Shown here: positions 9,942-20,244 of the stretch, one piece after another
Layout: every line of letters starts with the position of its first letter
Position numbering within the stretch: the stretch's first letter is position 1
Notes under the pieces: generated by a model
Told to the model about the DNA's origin: nothing
Databases searched by the model: none
The model's input: only the letters and a program-made list of their open reading frames with translations
Made by a program: the position numbers and the translations under genes
Assembly: GCA_963826785.1 (NCBI GenBank)
Contig: CAWGYD010000001.1
Coordinates: 544,001 to 608,000 of the forward strand
From: an uncultured delta proteobacterium
GTDB taxonomy: Bacteria; Desulfobacterota; Desulfobacteria; Desulfobacterales; Desulfosalsimonadaceae
Direction: 5' to 3'
Length of the DNA: 64,000 bases

Positions 9942-11297
9942 ATGAACATGCGCATTGCCATCGTGGATGACGAACACCCGGTATGCCGGGAACTTGAACG
10001 CGCCCTTTCCGCCCAGGGTTTTGACACCGAGAGTTTTCAGGCGGCAAAACCCTTCCTGGATCGCATGGCGCAATTTCCATTCCATATTGTTTTTCTGGAC
10101 TTGAAGCTTCCGGATGCGGATGGGATCGAGATTTTAACGAAGATCAAACGGGCCGGCGAAGAGACCGAGGTCATCATCATCACCGGTCACGGCACCATCG
10201 AATCGGCGGTGGATGCCATGAAGAAGGGCGCTTACCACTATATCACCAAGCCGTTTCGCCTCCATGACGTCCGATCGCTGGCCGGAAGCGCCAAAGAAAA
10301 AATCGAACTGGTCAACGAAAACAAAAATCTGCGCGCGGAACTGGCCGGGGGCGACTTTATTTCCGGGTTTATCGGCGCCAGCCCCCCCATGCAGACCGCT
10401 TTTGCCATGATGAAAAAAGTGGCGGCAGTGGACTGCAATGTGCTGCTCCAGGCGGAAACCGGTACCGGCAAGGAAATGGCCGCACGGGCCATCCATAGCT
10501 TAAGCCCCAGAAAAGACGAGCCTTTCGTATCCTTCAACTGCGGCGGATTTACCGAGGACCTGATCTGCAGCGAACTGTTCGGCCACGAAAAAGGGGCATT
10601 CACCGGGGCGGCGGCCACCAAGATCGGATTGCTGGAATCCGCGGACGGCGGGTCGGTGTTTTTGGATGAAATCGGAGAAATGCCGCCGGCAATGCAGGTG
10701 CGGCTGCTGCATGTGATCCAGGAAAAGCGGATCATGCGGGTGGGCGGCACGCGCCCCATCGATCTTCATGTCCGCATCATCGCGGCCACCAACAAGGACT
10801 TGAAAAAAGCGGTGGAAAACGGGGAATTCCGGGAGGATCTGTTCTACCGTCTCAACGTGGTGTCCATTCCGCTTCCCAAACTGTCTGAAAGGCGGGACGA
10901 CATCCCGCTGCTGATTTCCCATTTCATCAAGAAATTCGACCGCGCCTTCGGCAAGAAGATCCGCGGCATTTCGCCCCCGGCCATGACCATTCTCATGGGG
11001 TACAATTTTCCCGGAAACGTTCGTGAACTGGAGAACATCATTCAACGGGCCGTGGCCCTGGCAGAAGGGGAGGTCATTGCCGTGACCGATCTGCCCGCCG
11101 ACCTCCAGGAACTCGAATTCTCCACGCTGGAGGGAGAAGGTCTGCTGTCCCTGGCGGAGATGGAGAAGCGGCATATCGAGCGGGTCCTGAAGATGACCGC
11201 ATACAACACCAGTCTGACCAGCAACATCCTCAACATCCCCCGCACCACCCTGTGGCGAAGGATGAAAAGGTTCGGTCTGATGAGAAATGAAGACTGA
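9942..11297 (+). CDS. sigma54-dependent response regulator (NtrC family)
   Basis: Receiver (IVDDE, DLKLPD), ETGTGKE, ELFGHEKGAFTGA, FLDEIGE, FPGNVREL, Fis-type HTH. Confidence 0.95.
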   Translation: MNMRIAIVDDEHPVCRELERALSAQGFDTESFQAAKPFLDRMAQFPFHIVFLDLKLPDADGIEILTKIKRAGEETEVIIITGHGTIESAVDAMKKGAYHYITKPFRLHDVRSLAGSAKEKIELVNENKNLRAELAGGDFISGFIGASPPMQTAFAMMKKVAAVDCNVLLQAETGTGKEMAARAIHSLSPRKDEPFVSFNCGGFTEDLICSELFGHEKGAFTGAAATKIGLLESADGGSVFLDEIGEMPPAMQVRLLHVIQEKRIMRVGGTRPIDLHVRIIAATNKDLKKAVENGEFREDLFYRLNVVSIPLPKLSERRDDIPLLISHFIKKFDRAFGKKIRGISPPAMTILMGYNFPGNVRELENIIQRAVALAEGEVIAVTDLPADLQELEFSTLEGEGLLSLAEMEKRHIERVLKMTAYNTSLTSNILNIPRTTLWRRMKRFGLMRNED

Positions 11298-11322
11298 AGG
11301 CGACAGGATGGATTTCAGCCTT

Positions 11323-11541
11323 TTTCCAAAATGAAACACCCCTATTTAATGTATAAGCCATTTTTTTAATTCATTTTATCGTCTTTATCATCATTTGAAG
11401 CCTTTCTTGGGTTTCAAAATGAAACACTCCCCGGGGTTTTGCCGCTTCTTCCCATTCCTTGATGCCCCTCGTTCCGTCGATTTTGCAGGCGCCTCTTAAC
11501 TCGCGCACCGCTTCCGTGATCCAACAATTTCAAAATGAAAC
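11323..11541. promoter_or_regulatory. Three copies of palindrome (G)TTTCA-AAA-TGAAAC; candidate activator (UAS) sites
   Basis: TTTCCAAAATGAAAC 11323-11337, GTTTCAAAATGAAAC 11411-11425, ATTTCAAAATGAAAC 11527-11541. Confidence 0.7.
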
Positions 11542-11652
11542 CAACAGCAGCGCAAAACCCGCCCAACGCCTGATTTTCGTGCCATTGTGGCCCGGTTTTC
11601 GTGCATGCCATAAATATCTGTCCGTCTCATAATTTCTTACATATGAATGGCT

Positions 11653-11721
11653 TATCAATCTTTTGCAGGGAAAGCCGCCTCCTAATCGAACCCCGGGTCC
11701 GGATATGGCACTGGTATTGCT
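11653..11721 (+). promoter_or_regulatory. IHF site plus sigma54 (-24/-12) promoter
   Basis: TATCAATCTTTTG (11653-11665) fits WATCAANNNNTTR. TGGCACTGGTATTGCT (11706-11721) has GG-N10-GC. Confidence 0.8.
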
Positions 11722-11756
11722 ATCTTGAAAGTGAACGCAGGGGGTTTCGGTGGATT

Positions 11757-12164
11757 ATGGAAAAAATTCTGGTGGCGATGGATACGAATATGACCAGCTT
11801 ATGGTCGTTCGTTTATGCCCTGAACCTGGCCAAACGGATGCAGGTCAAGATTTCGATTCTGCTGGTCAGCGATCCGTCGGTTTCTGAAAACGGCCCGAAA
11901 AAGAAAGGAAAAAATGCCTTTTCGATCAAAACCGAAATTGAAAAGCGCATTGCGGAGGGGCGTTCGGATGGCATTTACATCGATTATTATCATACCTGCG
12001 GATCGTACAAGGACGAAATCATACGCTTTATCCAGGAAAACAAGATCGATCTTCTGGTGATCGAGAGGCATATCACAGACAACATGTCTGAATTCATAGA
12101 AGAAATTAAGTTACGGACATACTGCCGGATCGAACTGGTCCAGCCAAAAGTTATCCATCCATAA
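11757..12164 (+). CDS. Universal-stress-protein-like protein
   Basis: MEKILVAMD...ALNLAKR...EIIRFIQENKIDLLVI. Start taken downstream of the sigma54 promoter. Confidence 0.7.
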   Translation: MEKILVAMDTNMTSLWSFVYALNLAKRMQVKISILLVSDPSVSENGPKKKGKNAFSIKTEIEKRIAEGRSDGIYIDYYHTCGSYKDEIIRFIQENKIDLLVIERHITDNMSEFIEEIKLRTYCRIELVQPKVIHP

Positions 12165-12179
12165 CGTCAGGAGCAAAAC

Positions 12180-13106
12180 ATGTGGCATCTGTATTTGCCG
12201 ATCGCAGGAAACAGCGTGAATGTCGTACTCATTTTTACCATTGGCGGATTCGTGGGGTTGCTGTCCGGGATTTTCGGGGTGGGGGGCGGATTTCTGCTCA
12301 CGCCCCTGCTGATCATGCTGGGCATCCCCCCCACCGTGGCCGCCGCCTCCGACTCCAACCAGATCGTCGGGGCCTCCACATCCGGCACCCTGGCCCATTT
12401 CCGCCTGGGAAACGTCGACTTCAAGATGGGCATTCTCCTGCTCATCGGCGGGGTGGTCGGCGGCACGGCGGGTGTCCAGATCATCAAGGTTCTGCGCGCC
12501 CTGGGGAGCGCCGACTTTCTGATCACCATCACCTATGTGCTGATGCTGGGTTTCGTGGGCGGCTACATGTTCATCGAAAGTTTCCAGGGCCTTAAAAAGA
12601 AAGCGCCGGAAACCGCGCCCCCCCCCGTTCGAAAGGATTCCAGCTATGCCCGGTTGATGAAAAAGCTGCCCTGGCAGACATCCTTTGAAAAATCGGGGGT
12701 GGAACTGTCGCTTCTTCTGCCCCTGATACTGGGGACATTCGTGGGAATCCTGGCGGCCATCATGGGCGTGGGCGGCGGATTCATCATGGTCCCGGTCATG
12801 GTCTACCTGCTGCGGATGCCCATGCATGTGGTGGTGGGGACCAGCCTGTTTCAGATTCTGTTCACCTGCATCAATGTCACCATCATGCAGGCGTCCACCA
12901 ATCATACGGTCGATTTCATCCTGGCGCTGATCCTTTTGCTCGGCTCCACCATCGGCGTGCAGTTCGGCGCAAAGATCAGCAAGCGCCTGGGGGGGGATCA
13001 GCTCAAGATTCTTCTGGCCATTCTGGTCCTCATCGTAATGGTAAAAATGCTGCTGAGTCTTTTGCTTACTCCCGAAATCATGCTATCGTATAAAGGAGGC
13101 CACTAA
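12180..13106 (+). CDS. TauE/SafE (DUF81) sulfite-exporter-family membrane protein
   Basis: Two repeats GLLSGIFGVGGGFLLTP / AAIMGVGGGFIMVP, VVGTSLFQI; multiple TM segments. Confidence 0.92.
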   Translation: MWHLYLPIAGNSVNVVLIFTIGGFVGLLSGIFGVGGGFLLTPLLIMLGIPPTVAAASDSNQIVGASTSGTLAHFRLGNVDFKMGILLLIGGVVGGTAGVQIIKVLRALGSADFLITITYVLMLGFVGGYMFIESFQGLKKKAPETAPPPVRKDSSYARLMKKLPWQTSFEKSGVELSLLLPLILGTFVGILAAIMGVGGGFIMVPVMVYLLRMPMHVVVGTSLFQILFTCINVTIMQASTNHTVDFILALILLLGSTIGVQFGAKISKRLGGDQLKILLAILVLIVMVKMLLSLLLTPEIMLSYKGGH

Positions 13107-13107
13107 C

Positions 13108-13869
13108 GTGTTTAAACGGATCATTATCTGCTTTTTTCTGGCTGCCGGTTATCTTTTCGTCCAGTCCGGCATATCCGCTGCCGTCGCTCCTTGTGATGTT
13201 CAGCTGGAACCCAACCTCGTGACCGTGGGGGCGACCTATAACGGTGCAAAAGTCGGCGTCACCGGGACGATTTCCGATGATGCGCAAGTGGTCATCGAGG
13301 TGGAGGGGGCAACGGCGGAAACCACGCTGCTGAAAAAAGAGCATGTTTTCGGGCTGCTCTGGATGAACAGCGGCACCGTCACACTGGAAGGATTGCCCAA
13401 GGTGTACATGCTCTACCTGCCCGATGACATGGCCGCCTCGAAAAGTGATCTTGGGATCGGCCTTGCGGCATTGAAAAGTCGGGCAACGGTCTTGCCCGAT
13501 GACGGCACGGCGGCGCAGAAGCTGGACGAGTTTTTCAAACTCAAAAAAAAGGAAGGCCTGTATGCCATCCATGAGGATGCCATCGCGTATGGCACTAAAG
13601 ACGGCATCAGGACCTTTTCCTGCGAACTGAAGGTTCCGGCGGCCATGCACCAGGGCATTTATACGGTAAAGACCTCGGTGCTGCAAAACGGACAGGTGAT
13701 CGAGACCGTTTCAAGTCCGCTCAAAGTGGAAGAAGTCGGTCTGCCGGCACTGATCCGTTCCCTTGCATTCAACCATGCGCTCCTCTACGGCATCATGGCG
13801 ACGCTGGTGGCTGTTTTTGCGGGATTGCTGATGGGGTATATTTTTCAGGGTGAAAAGGGCGCCCATTAA
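13108..13869 (+). CDS. TIGR02186-like conserved exported protein (signal peptide, C-terminal TM)
   Basis: KKEHVFGLLWMN motif, LYGIMATLVAVFAG C-terminal anchor; follows DUF81 as is typical. Confidence 0.7.
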   Translation: MFKRIIICFFLAAGYLFVQSGISAAVAPCDVQLEPNLVTVGATYNGAKVGVTGTISDDAQVVIEVEGATAETTLLKKEHVFGLLWMNSGTVTLEGLPKVYMLYLPDDMAASKSDLGIGLAALKSRATVLPDDGTAAQKLDEFFKLKKKEGLYAIHEDAIAYGTKDGIRTFSCELKVPAAMHQGIYTVKTSVLQNGQVIETVSSPLKVEEVGLPALIRSLAFNHALLYGIMATLVAVFAGLLMGYIFQGEKGAH

Positions 13870-13886
13870 ACCAATCGAAAACGCAT

Positions 13887-16499
13887 ATGAAATCATTCTT
13901 TAAAAGCCGTTTCCTGAATAGAAGCCGTAAAGCGGGTGATGATCAGCATCCGGTAAAGGCGGTGCCGTTTACGGCGGTGTTTAAAACCTTTCAGGAGACC
14001 CTTGCGCTCAACAACGAGGCGTTGACATTGATCGCCGAGATGGGCGCCATATTGAGCGGTGATTATGTGTATGACATCCATTACATTCAGACCGCCTGCG
14101 CAAATGCGGCCGACCTGGTCCACCGGCTGATCGAAAATTTGAATACCCTTTCCTCCCGGAAATACATGGATCTGTACGGCGCATTTCAGAAGATCGATGC
14201 CGGACTCAAGGAAGAACTTTCCGGCCGGCCGGTCATTCCGGAATCGCAGGATGTTCTGCCCTATGCGGAAATCAGCCGGGATGCCGCGGAAGTGACGGGG
14301 GCCAAAAACGCCAACCTGGGGGAGATTCAAAATGCGCTGGGATTGACCATACCGGACGGGTTTGCCATTACCACCCATGCATTTGCGCTGTTTATGACCC
14401 ACAACGGCCTGTGGGAAAAGGTCATGGCCCTGTCGGATGCCTGGCAGCATCGGGAATTGCCGGCATCGGATGCGTCGAGTCGGATTCAGGAGGCGATCCT
14501 TAAGGGAGAGATCCCGGTTCCCCTGAAGAAAAACATCGAAAAAGCGTTGTCCCGGATCGGTCATGATCCGTCAAAACGGATTTTGCATCTGGCGGTCCGA
14601 AGCAGCGCCTGGGGAGAAGACAGCGCGCACAGCTTTGCCGGGCAATACGTGACCCTGTTGAACCAGCCGTCAGACAGGGTTTGCGATGCCTATAAATCGG
14701 TCCTGGCCGGAGCATATTCGGCATCGGCCATGGAATACCGGAGGCAGAAGGGATATGCGGAAAGCGAAGTGGTGATGGCCGTCGGCTGCCAGATCATGGT
14801 GGATGCCCGGGCCAGCGGCGTATTGTACACCTTCGACCCCCAGGACCCGGAGCGGGACCTGATGCTGGTGACCTGCGTATGGGGCCTGGGTGCGCCGGCG
14901 GTGGAAGGCCGGGCCGCCGTGGATCAATACCAGCTCAGCCGCCGTTTCCCCCACAGTCCGGCCAGGACGGAGATCTCCCGTAAAACCGAAACCCTGGTGC
15001 CGCTGCCGGAAGGCGGCACCCATATGGTTCCGGTTGACGCCGACCGCCAGGCCACCGCCTGCCTCACCCCCAACCAGCTCCGGCGGCTGGCGGAAGCGGG
15101 GCTGCTGATCGAAAAGCATTTCAAAACGCCCCAGGACATCGAGTTTGCCATTGATGCGGATGGCAAAATGATCATCCTGCAGTCCCGGCCCCTGATGGTG
15201 CAATTCAACCGGTCGAAGATCGCCGGGCATCTTCCCGTGATACTGCGCGATCACCCGGTGATTTTTTCCGGTAAAGGGAGCATCGCCCAGAGGGGGATCG
15301 GCCTGGGAAGAGTGTACATGGTCTATCGCGATGAGGACCTGGATTCATTTCCCCGGGGCGCCATCCTGGTGTCGCGCTATACCTCCCCCCGGTTTGCCAA
15401 GGTGATCCGAAAAGCCGCCGGCATCATTACGGACGTGGGGTCGGCCACCGGCCATATGGCCACCGTGGCCCGGGAATTCAGGGTGCCCACCATCGTCAAC
15501 ACGGAAGTGGCCACCTCCCTTTTGCAATCCAGTCAGGAAATCACCCTGGATGCCGAGGAGAACAAGATCTATGACGGGATCATCAAAGAACTGAGGAATT
15601 ATCACCTGGCGGAGGAACCCATAGAGGAGACTTACGAGTACCGTCTGCTTCGCCGGGTGCTGAAAAAAATCAGCATTCTCAACCTGCTGGATCCGACCTC
15701 GCGGGATTTCGTCCCGTCTTCCTGCACGACCTTTCATGACATTATCCGCTTTGTTCATGAAAAAGCGGTGGAAGAGCTGATCAACCGCAATTATGACCGG
15801 GATCCCGATATCAAAACCAGCAGCGGCAAGCTGAAATTATCCGTGCCCTTGAACCTGGTGCTCATCGATATCGGAGACGGGCTTGCCGAAACCGCCGGCC
15901 GGAAAACCATTCTGCCCGACCAGATCGTCTCCGTCCCCATGCGGGCATTCATCGGCGGCCTGACCGCGCCCGGCGCCTGGAATACGGACCCCATGTCCAT
16001 CGATTTCGGCAGCTTCATGTCGAGCATGACCCGGACGATGTTTCACTCGATGGCCACCCCCAGGGATGTCGGCCAGAACCTCGCGGTCCTTTCGAAAACA
16101 TATGCCCACATCAGCCTGCGGCTGGGGTATCATTTCAACATGATCGACGCGTTTGTCTGTGACGATGACAACAGCAATTATGTATATTTCCGCTTCATGG
16201 GCGGTGTGACCGATATGACGAAAAGATCCCGAAGGGCCCAGTTTCTGGCCGATGTGCTCTCTAAAAACGATTTTCGTGTCGAGGTTCGCGGCGACCTGGT
16301 GGTGGCCCGGGTCAAAAAGCTTTCCATTGAACGAATGGAAAAGCGGCTGAATCTGATCGGGCTGCTGGTGGCGTTTTCACGCCAGCTGGATGTGCAGATG
16401 GTCAATGATCAGCAGATTACATTTCAGGCCGACCAGTTCAACGAACTGATCACCTCAACCCTTAACCGAAGTACGAAGGGGGTATATCAAGATGGATGA
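13887..16499 (+). CDS. PEP-synthase-like protein: ATP-grasp domain + phospho-His swivel domain + non-canonical C-terminal domain
   Basis: GAKNANLGE, AVRSSAWGEDSAHSFAGQY, PQDIEFAI, ILQSRPL; swivel TDVGSATGHMATVAREFRVP. No MxEvP/SIGxNDL motifs of the PEP/pyruvate barrel. Confidence 0.85.
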   Translation: MKSFFKSRFLNRSRKAGDDQHPVKAVPFTAVFKTFQETLALNNEALTLIAEMGAILSGDYVYDIHYIQTACANAADLVHRLIENLNTLSSRKYMDLYGAFQKIDAGLKEELSGRPVIPESQDVLPYAEISRDAAEVTGAKNANLGEIQNALGLTIPDGFAITTHAFALFMTHNGLWEKVMALSDAWQHRELPASDASSRIQEAILKGEIPVPLKKNIEKALSRIGHDPSKRILHLAVRSSAWGEDSAHSFAGQYVTLLNQPSDRVCDAYKSVLAGAYSASAMEYRRQKGYAESEVVMAVGCQIMVDARASGVLYTFDPQDPERDLMLVTCVWGLGAPAVEGRAAVDQYQLSRRFPHSPARTEISRKTETLVPLPEGGTHMVPVDADRQATACLTPNQLRRLAEAGLLIEKHFKTPQDIEFAIDADGKMIILQSRPLMVQFNRSKIAGHLPVILRDHPVIFSGKGSIAQRGIGLGRVYMVYRDEDLDSFPRGAILVSRYTSPRFAKVIRKAAGIITDVGSATGHMATVAREFRVPTIVNTEVATSLLQSSQEITLDAEENKIYDGIIKELRNYHLAEEPIEETYEYRLLRRVLKKISILNLLDPTSRDFVPSSCTTFHDIIRFVHEKAVEELINRNYDRDPDIKTSSGKLKLSVPLNLVLIDIGDGLAETAGRKTILPDQIVSVPMRAFIGGLTAPGAWNTDPMSIDFGSFMSSMTRTMFHSMATPRDVGQNLAVLSKTYAHISLRLGYHFNMIDAFVCDDDNSNYVYFRFMGGVTDMTKRSRRAQFLADVLSKNDFRVEVRGDLVVARVKKLSIERMEKRLNLIGLLVAFSRQLDVQMVNDQQITFQADQFNELITSTLNRSTKGVYQDG

Positions 16500-16878
16500 T
16501 AAACAGCCTGTCCGGATTCTGGTTTTAGACGATGAACCGATCGTGTGCAAACGTCTGCAGCCGGTTCTGGAAAAAAAAGGGTACTATGTGGAGACGTTCT
16601 ACCAGAGCGAGGATGCGCTTGAGCGGTTCAGGGAAACCCCGTTTCACATTGTCGTCACCGACCTTAAAATGAAGGGCCTGGACGGCATGCAGTTTCTGAC
16701 CGAGGTGAAAAAGCTTTCTCCGGAAACCGAAGTGATTGTGATTACGGGGTTTGCCACCATGGAGACTGCCAAGGAATCCTTCCGCAAAGGGGTGTTCGAT
16801 TTCCTGGCCAAGCCCTTCAAACTGGGGGAAATTCAGGACGTCATCGAGAACGCGGAAAAAAAGATCAGGGAACATTAA
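16492..16878 (+). CDS. Stand-alone response-regulator receiver
   Basis: VLDDEP, TDLKM, VITGFAT, FLAKPF. Confidence 0.92.
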   Translation: MDDKQPVRILVLDDEPIVCKRLQPVLEKKGYYVETFYQSEDALERFRETPFHIVVTDLKMKGLDGMQFLTEVKKLSPETEVIVITGFATMETAKESFRKGVFDFLAKPFKLGEIQDVIENAEKKIREH

Positions 16879-16912
16879 CCGACAACTCCTTTTTGAAGAG
16901 AGGGACACACTG

Positions 16913-17726
16913 ATGATCAAAGCCCTTATACCCGTGAATGCCGATCTGAAGTCGAGCATCGCCCTCCGATATGCGAAAGCCCTGTCGCAGCGGATCGAAC
17001 TGATGCTGCATGACATTCATATCGTGGAAGCCGACCGGGTCGGGCCTGAGCCGGGTTCCGGCTGGGTCCGGAATACCTGGGAAAACGCATTGCTTGAAGC
17101 CGCCGACCAGGAAATCCGCCAATTTCTGGAGATGGAAAACCTGGGGTTGAAGCGGCTGGGCAATTCCGAAATCACTATCGGGGATCGCACCGAAAAGCTG
17201 CTGGAAACACTGGAACAGGGGGAATATCAGCTTTTTATGGAGGGCGCGCTGCCCACGTTCAATTATTCGGATTTCTCCTCTCTGGTGCATTCGCGGCTCT
17301 ACCGCGCCATGCCCTGTCCGGCCTTGGTGGTTAAAAACCTGGTCCCCCTGGATAAGGTGGCCATCCTGGTGGAAAATGGAGATGTTCCGAATTTGATTTC
17401 TGATTTTCTAAATGTTTTTTCGTCATCGGGCATCGAAGTGGACCTGATCGGTTTCATGCCGACGCGGTCCGGCGATCTGACGGTCCGGGAAGCGGAGACC
17501 CCGCCGGAATGGCTCAAGGAAGCAGCAGCAGATGCTCTCGGACCGGGAAGTCGCCCTGAAGGCGCATGCCATAATGGAAGGATCGGTGGATCAGGCGGCC
17601 CAGCACCTGCGGGCATATGGCCTGGTGGCGGCTTCCCTGCCGCGCCATCCGCGCCGGCATGATCCCAAACTGGAACTGCTGGCCCGGGTGTCGTGCCCGG
17701 TCCTGATCTGCTGGTCGAAATCATAA
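16913..17726 (+). CDS. Universal-stress-domain protein, frameshift near 17525
   Basis: MIKALIPVNADLKSSIALRYA...CPALVVKN. After EAAA the frame continues as MLSDREV...SCPVLICW (ORF 17532..17726). Confidence 0.7.
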
Positions 17727-17742
17727 TGAAAAGGAGGTTGCC

Positions 17743-18588
17743 ATGAGGATACTGGTTGCGGTGGATCAACATCCGGAGACCGGATTCGTGGTCCGCCAGG
17801 TAGCCGAACTGGCCGGAAACACCTGGGCAAATGTCACGCTGCTGGGTATTTGTGATTCAGATGCCGGCGTCAAGGACATGGCCGGGCAGCTCGATGCCTA
17901 CCGGGGTATGTTTCTGTCCCGCATCGGGGGAGAAGTCACACCTTATGCCCGCCACAATGCGGAATATGAGCTGAACCAGCAGAAAAAGGGGGTCTGGAGC
18001 CTGCAGTACGGCGGCGACAACGGCAGAAAGGATTTTAGTTTCCGGATCCGAAGCGGCAGTGCGGGAAAGGCCATTGTGGCGGAATCGGTGGATGCGAATG
18101 CGGACCTGATCGTGATGGGCTGCAAGGACGGATCGCGATGCGAATGGCCGGACGATGCCGTCAAGAAAGTGGTGAAAAACGCCCAGTGCTCCGTGCTGGT
18201 GGTCAAGGAAGACAAGAAGCCGGAGATGATCGTCTGCTGCCTGGATCATGACACGGTGACCCAGGCGTCCATCGAAATGATCAACCAGCTGGTCACCCTT
18301 TACGGGGCTGAACTTGAAATCGTGGGCGTCACCGACATGAAAGGACTGCCGAGCGATGTGGACCGGCGGATGGCAAAGGTCCTCTCCTATTATACGGACC
18401 AGGGGATCAAGGCCTGGATCAAATCCGTGGATGCCGCTTCCCTGAAGTCGTTTGTGACACAGGCGGCGGAGGCGAATCTGGTGGCCCTGTGGATGGGCAA
18501 GGAATCTTTCCTGGACAAGATATTTTCCCGGCAGCGGCTGGTAAATCTGGCGGCAGACGCCGAGTCTTCCATCCTGATCTTAAGATAG
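17743..18588 (+). CDS. Universal-stress-domain protein
   Basis: MRILVAVD, ADLIVMG, KVVKNAQCSVLVVK; RBS AAGGAGG. Confidence 0.85.
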   Translation: MRILVAVDQHPETGFVVRQVAELAGNTWANVTLLGICDSDAGVKDMAGQLDAYRGMFLSRIGGEVTPYARHNAEYELNQQKKGVWSLQYGGDNGRKDFSFRIRSGSAGKAIVAESVDANADLIVMGCKDGSRCEWPDDAVKKVVKNAQCSVLVVKEDKKPEMIVCCLDHDTVTQASIEMINQLVTLYGAELEIVGVTDMKGLPSDVDRRMAKVLSYYTDQGIKAWIKSVDAASLKSFVTQAAEANLVALWMGKESFLDKIFSRQRLVNLAADAESSILILR

Positions 18589-18656
18589 CCATGCGTCCCG
18601 GGGCCTGCTGTCTCAGCCGAAAGAAAACCCCGTCAGCCTGAAGTGGGATTTTTGCC

Positions 18657-20177
18657 ATGAACAAAAGTGACCCGATTGCAAGTGATGCCGAGATTCCCAG
18701 CGTCGAAGAGATGTTTGCCATGGAAAAGGCGCTTTCGGAGAGGCCCGCCTTCAGCATCCGTATCCGCATCATCCTGTCTTTTCTGCTGGCGTTTTTGTTT
18801 TCATTCGGCATCGGCATCTCTTCGATGATCTACATTTCCATTTTAAACGCCAAACAGAATTTTTTTGACAATGCCGGAAAATTCGCCATGCAGGTGGAAC
18901 AGGCCCGGCGCTATGAAAAGAATTTCTTCCTCTATGGCACCCGGACTGACCTTTACAGCGCCCTTGAAAATATCCGCAGCGCAGAATCGGTTCTAAACAG
19001 CACCACCAGCGAGATGCGGTCCCTGCTGAAACAGGAGACGTTTAAGAGCCTGCTCAATGACTTGAACAAATATGAGCAGGTGCTTGCCGGGATCGCAGCC
19101 CGGTATCAAAACGGGGACTACGGGGCGAAGCCGGATGCCCCGGAGGCCGAAAGCCAGCTGCGGGTCTCGGGGCATCGGATCCTGACCTTTGCCAATGAAC
19201 TGATGGAGCAGGAGCGGAGCAAACTTCATCAGGCGGTCCACCGATTCAGGCTGGCCGCCATTTTTTCCCTGATTCTGAATTTCATCATCATGGTCCTGGT
19301 GGCCGTGGAACTGAGCCGGCAGATCCTTCAGCCGCTGGGGCGGGCCGTTCAGTACACCCAGCGGATCGCGGCCGGCGATTTCAGCCTGATCAATCCCAAG
19401 CGAAAATTCCGGGATGAGTTTTCCAACCTGGCCATGAATACCAACCGGATGATCTACGAGCTGACGGAAAAGCAGAAACAGCTGATCCAGAACCGGAAGA
19501 TGGTGGCGGTGGGGACCCTGACCTCCGGGATCGCCCATGAACTCAACAACCCCTTGAACAACATCAGCATCACCACCGAGGCGATGCTCAGCGACCTGGA
19601 CAGCTTTTCCCGGGCCGAACTCAAGGACATGCTGCAGGACATCTTCACCCAGGTGGAGCGGGCCTCCGGAACGGTCCGGAACCTGCTGGATTTTACCCGC
19701 CTGGAGCCGGCCAAAGGCGAGACCATCGACATCAAACAGTTGATTCAGTCCAGCCTCAAACTGGTCAACAACGAACGGATCCTCAAAGGAATCGGGGAAG
19801 AAGTGCGGATCGAAGAACATCTGCCGTCGGTGGAAGGGAATTTCCGCAACCTTCAGCAGGTGTTTTTAAATATTTTTTTAAACGGCATCCAGGCCATGCC
19901 CGAAGGCGGAAAGCTGCAGGTGAAGGCCGACAATCACGCAGGGGGGTTCATCCGGATCGATGTCACGGACAATGGCTGCGGAATCGAGAAGAAAGACCTG
20001 GAGCGGGTGTTTGATCCGTTTTTTACCACCAAGGACGTGGGGAAGGGGACCGGGCTGGGTCTGTCCGTCAGCTACGGCATCGTCCGCAAAATGGGCGGAG
20101 ACATCGGCGTGGACAGTGAACCGGGCAAATGGACCACATTTTCCGTCTACCTGCCGGCCTCGGACAGGGTGGGGTAA
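18657..20177 (+). CDS. Membrane sensor histidine kinase (HAMP + HisKA + HATPase)
   Basis: 2 TM; SGIAHELNNPL, QVFLNIFLNGIQAM, DNGCGI, FDPFFTTK, GTGLGLS. Confidence 0.95.
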   Translation: MNKSDPIASDAEIPSVEEMFAMEKALSERPAFSIRIRIILSFLLAFLFSFGIGISSMIYISILNAKQNFFDNAGKFAMQVEQARRYEKNFFLYGTRTDLYSALENIRSAESVLNSTTSEMRSLLKQETFKSLLNDLNKYEQVLAGIAARYQNGDYGAKPDAPEAESQLRVSGHRILTFANELMEQERSKLHQAVHRFRLAAIFSLILNFIIMVLVAVELSRQILQPLGRAVQYTQRIAAGDFSLINPKRKFRDEFSNLAMNTNRMIYELTEKQKQLIQNRKMVAVGTLTSGIAHELNNPLNNISITTEAMLSDLDSFSRAELKDMLQDIFTQVERASGTVRNLLDFTRLEPAKGETIDIKQLIQSSLKLVNNERILKGIGEEVRIEEHLPSVEGNFRNLQQVFLNIFLNGIQAMPEGGKLQVKADNHAGGFIRIDVTDNGCGIEKKDLERVFDPFFTTKDVGKGTGLGLSVSYGIVRKMGGDIGVDSEPGKWTTFSVYLPASDRVG

Positions 20178-20244
20178 ATGCTTTTGCAGGAAATGGAGGG
20201 AAGTTTCAGATCCGTCCGTTCGTGCGAAAGAATCGAACCGGGAT

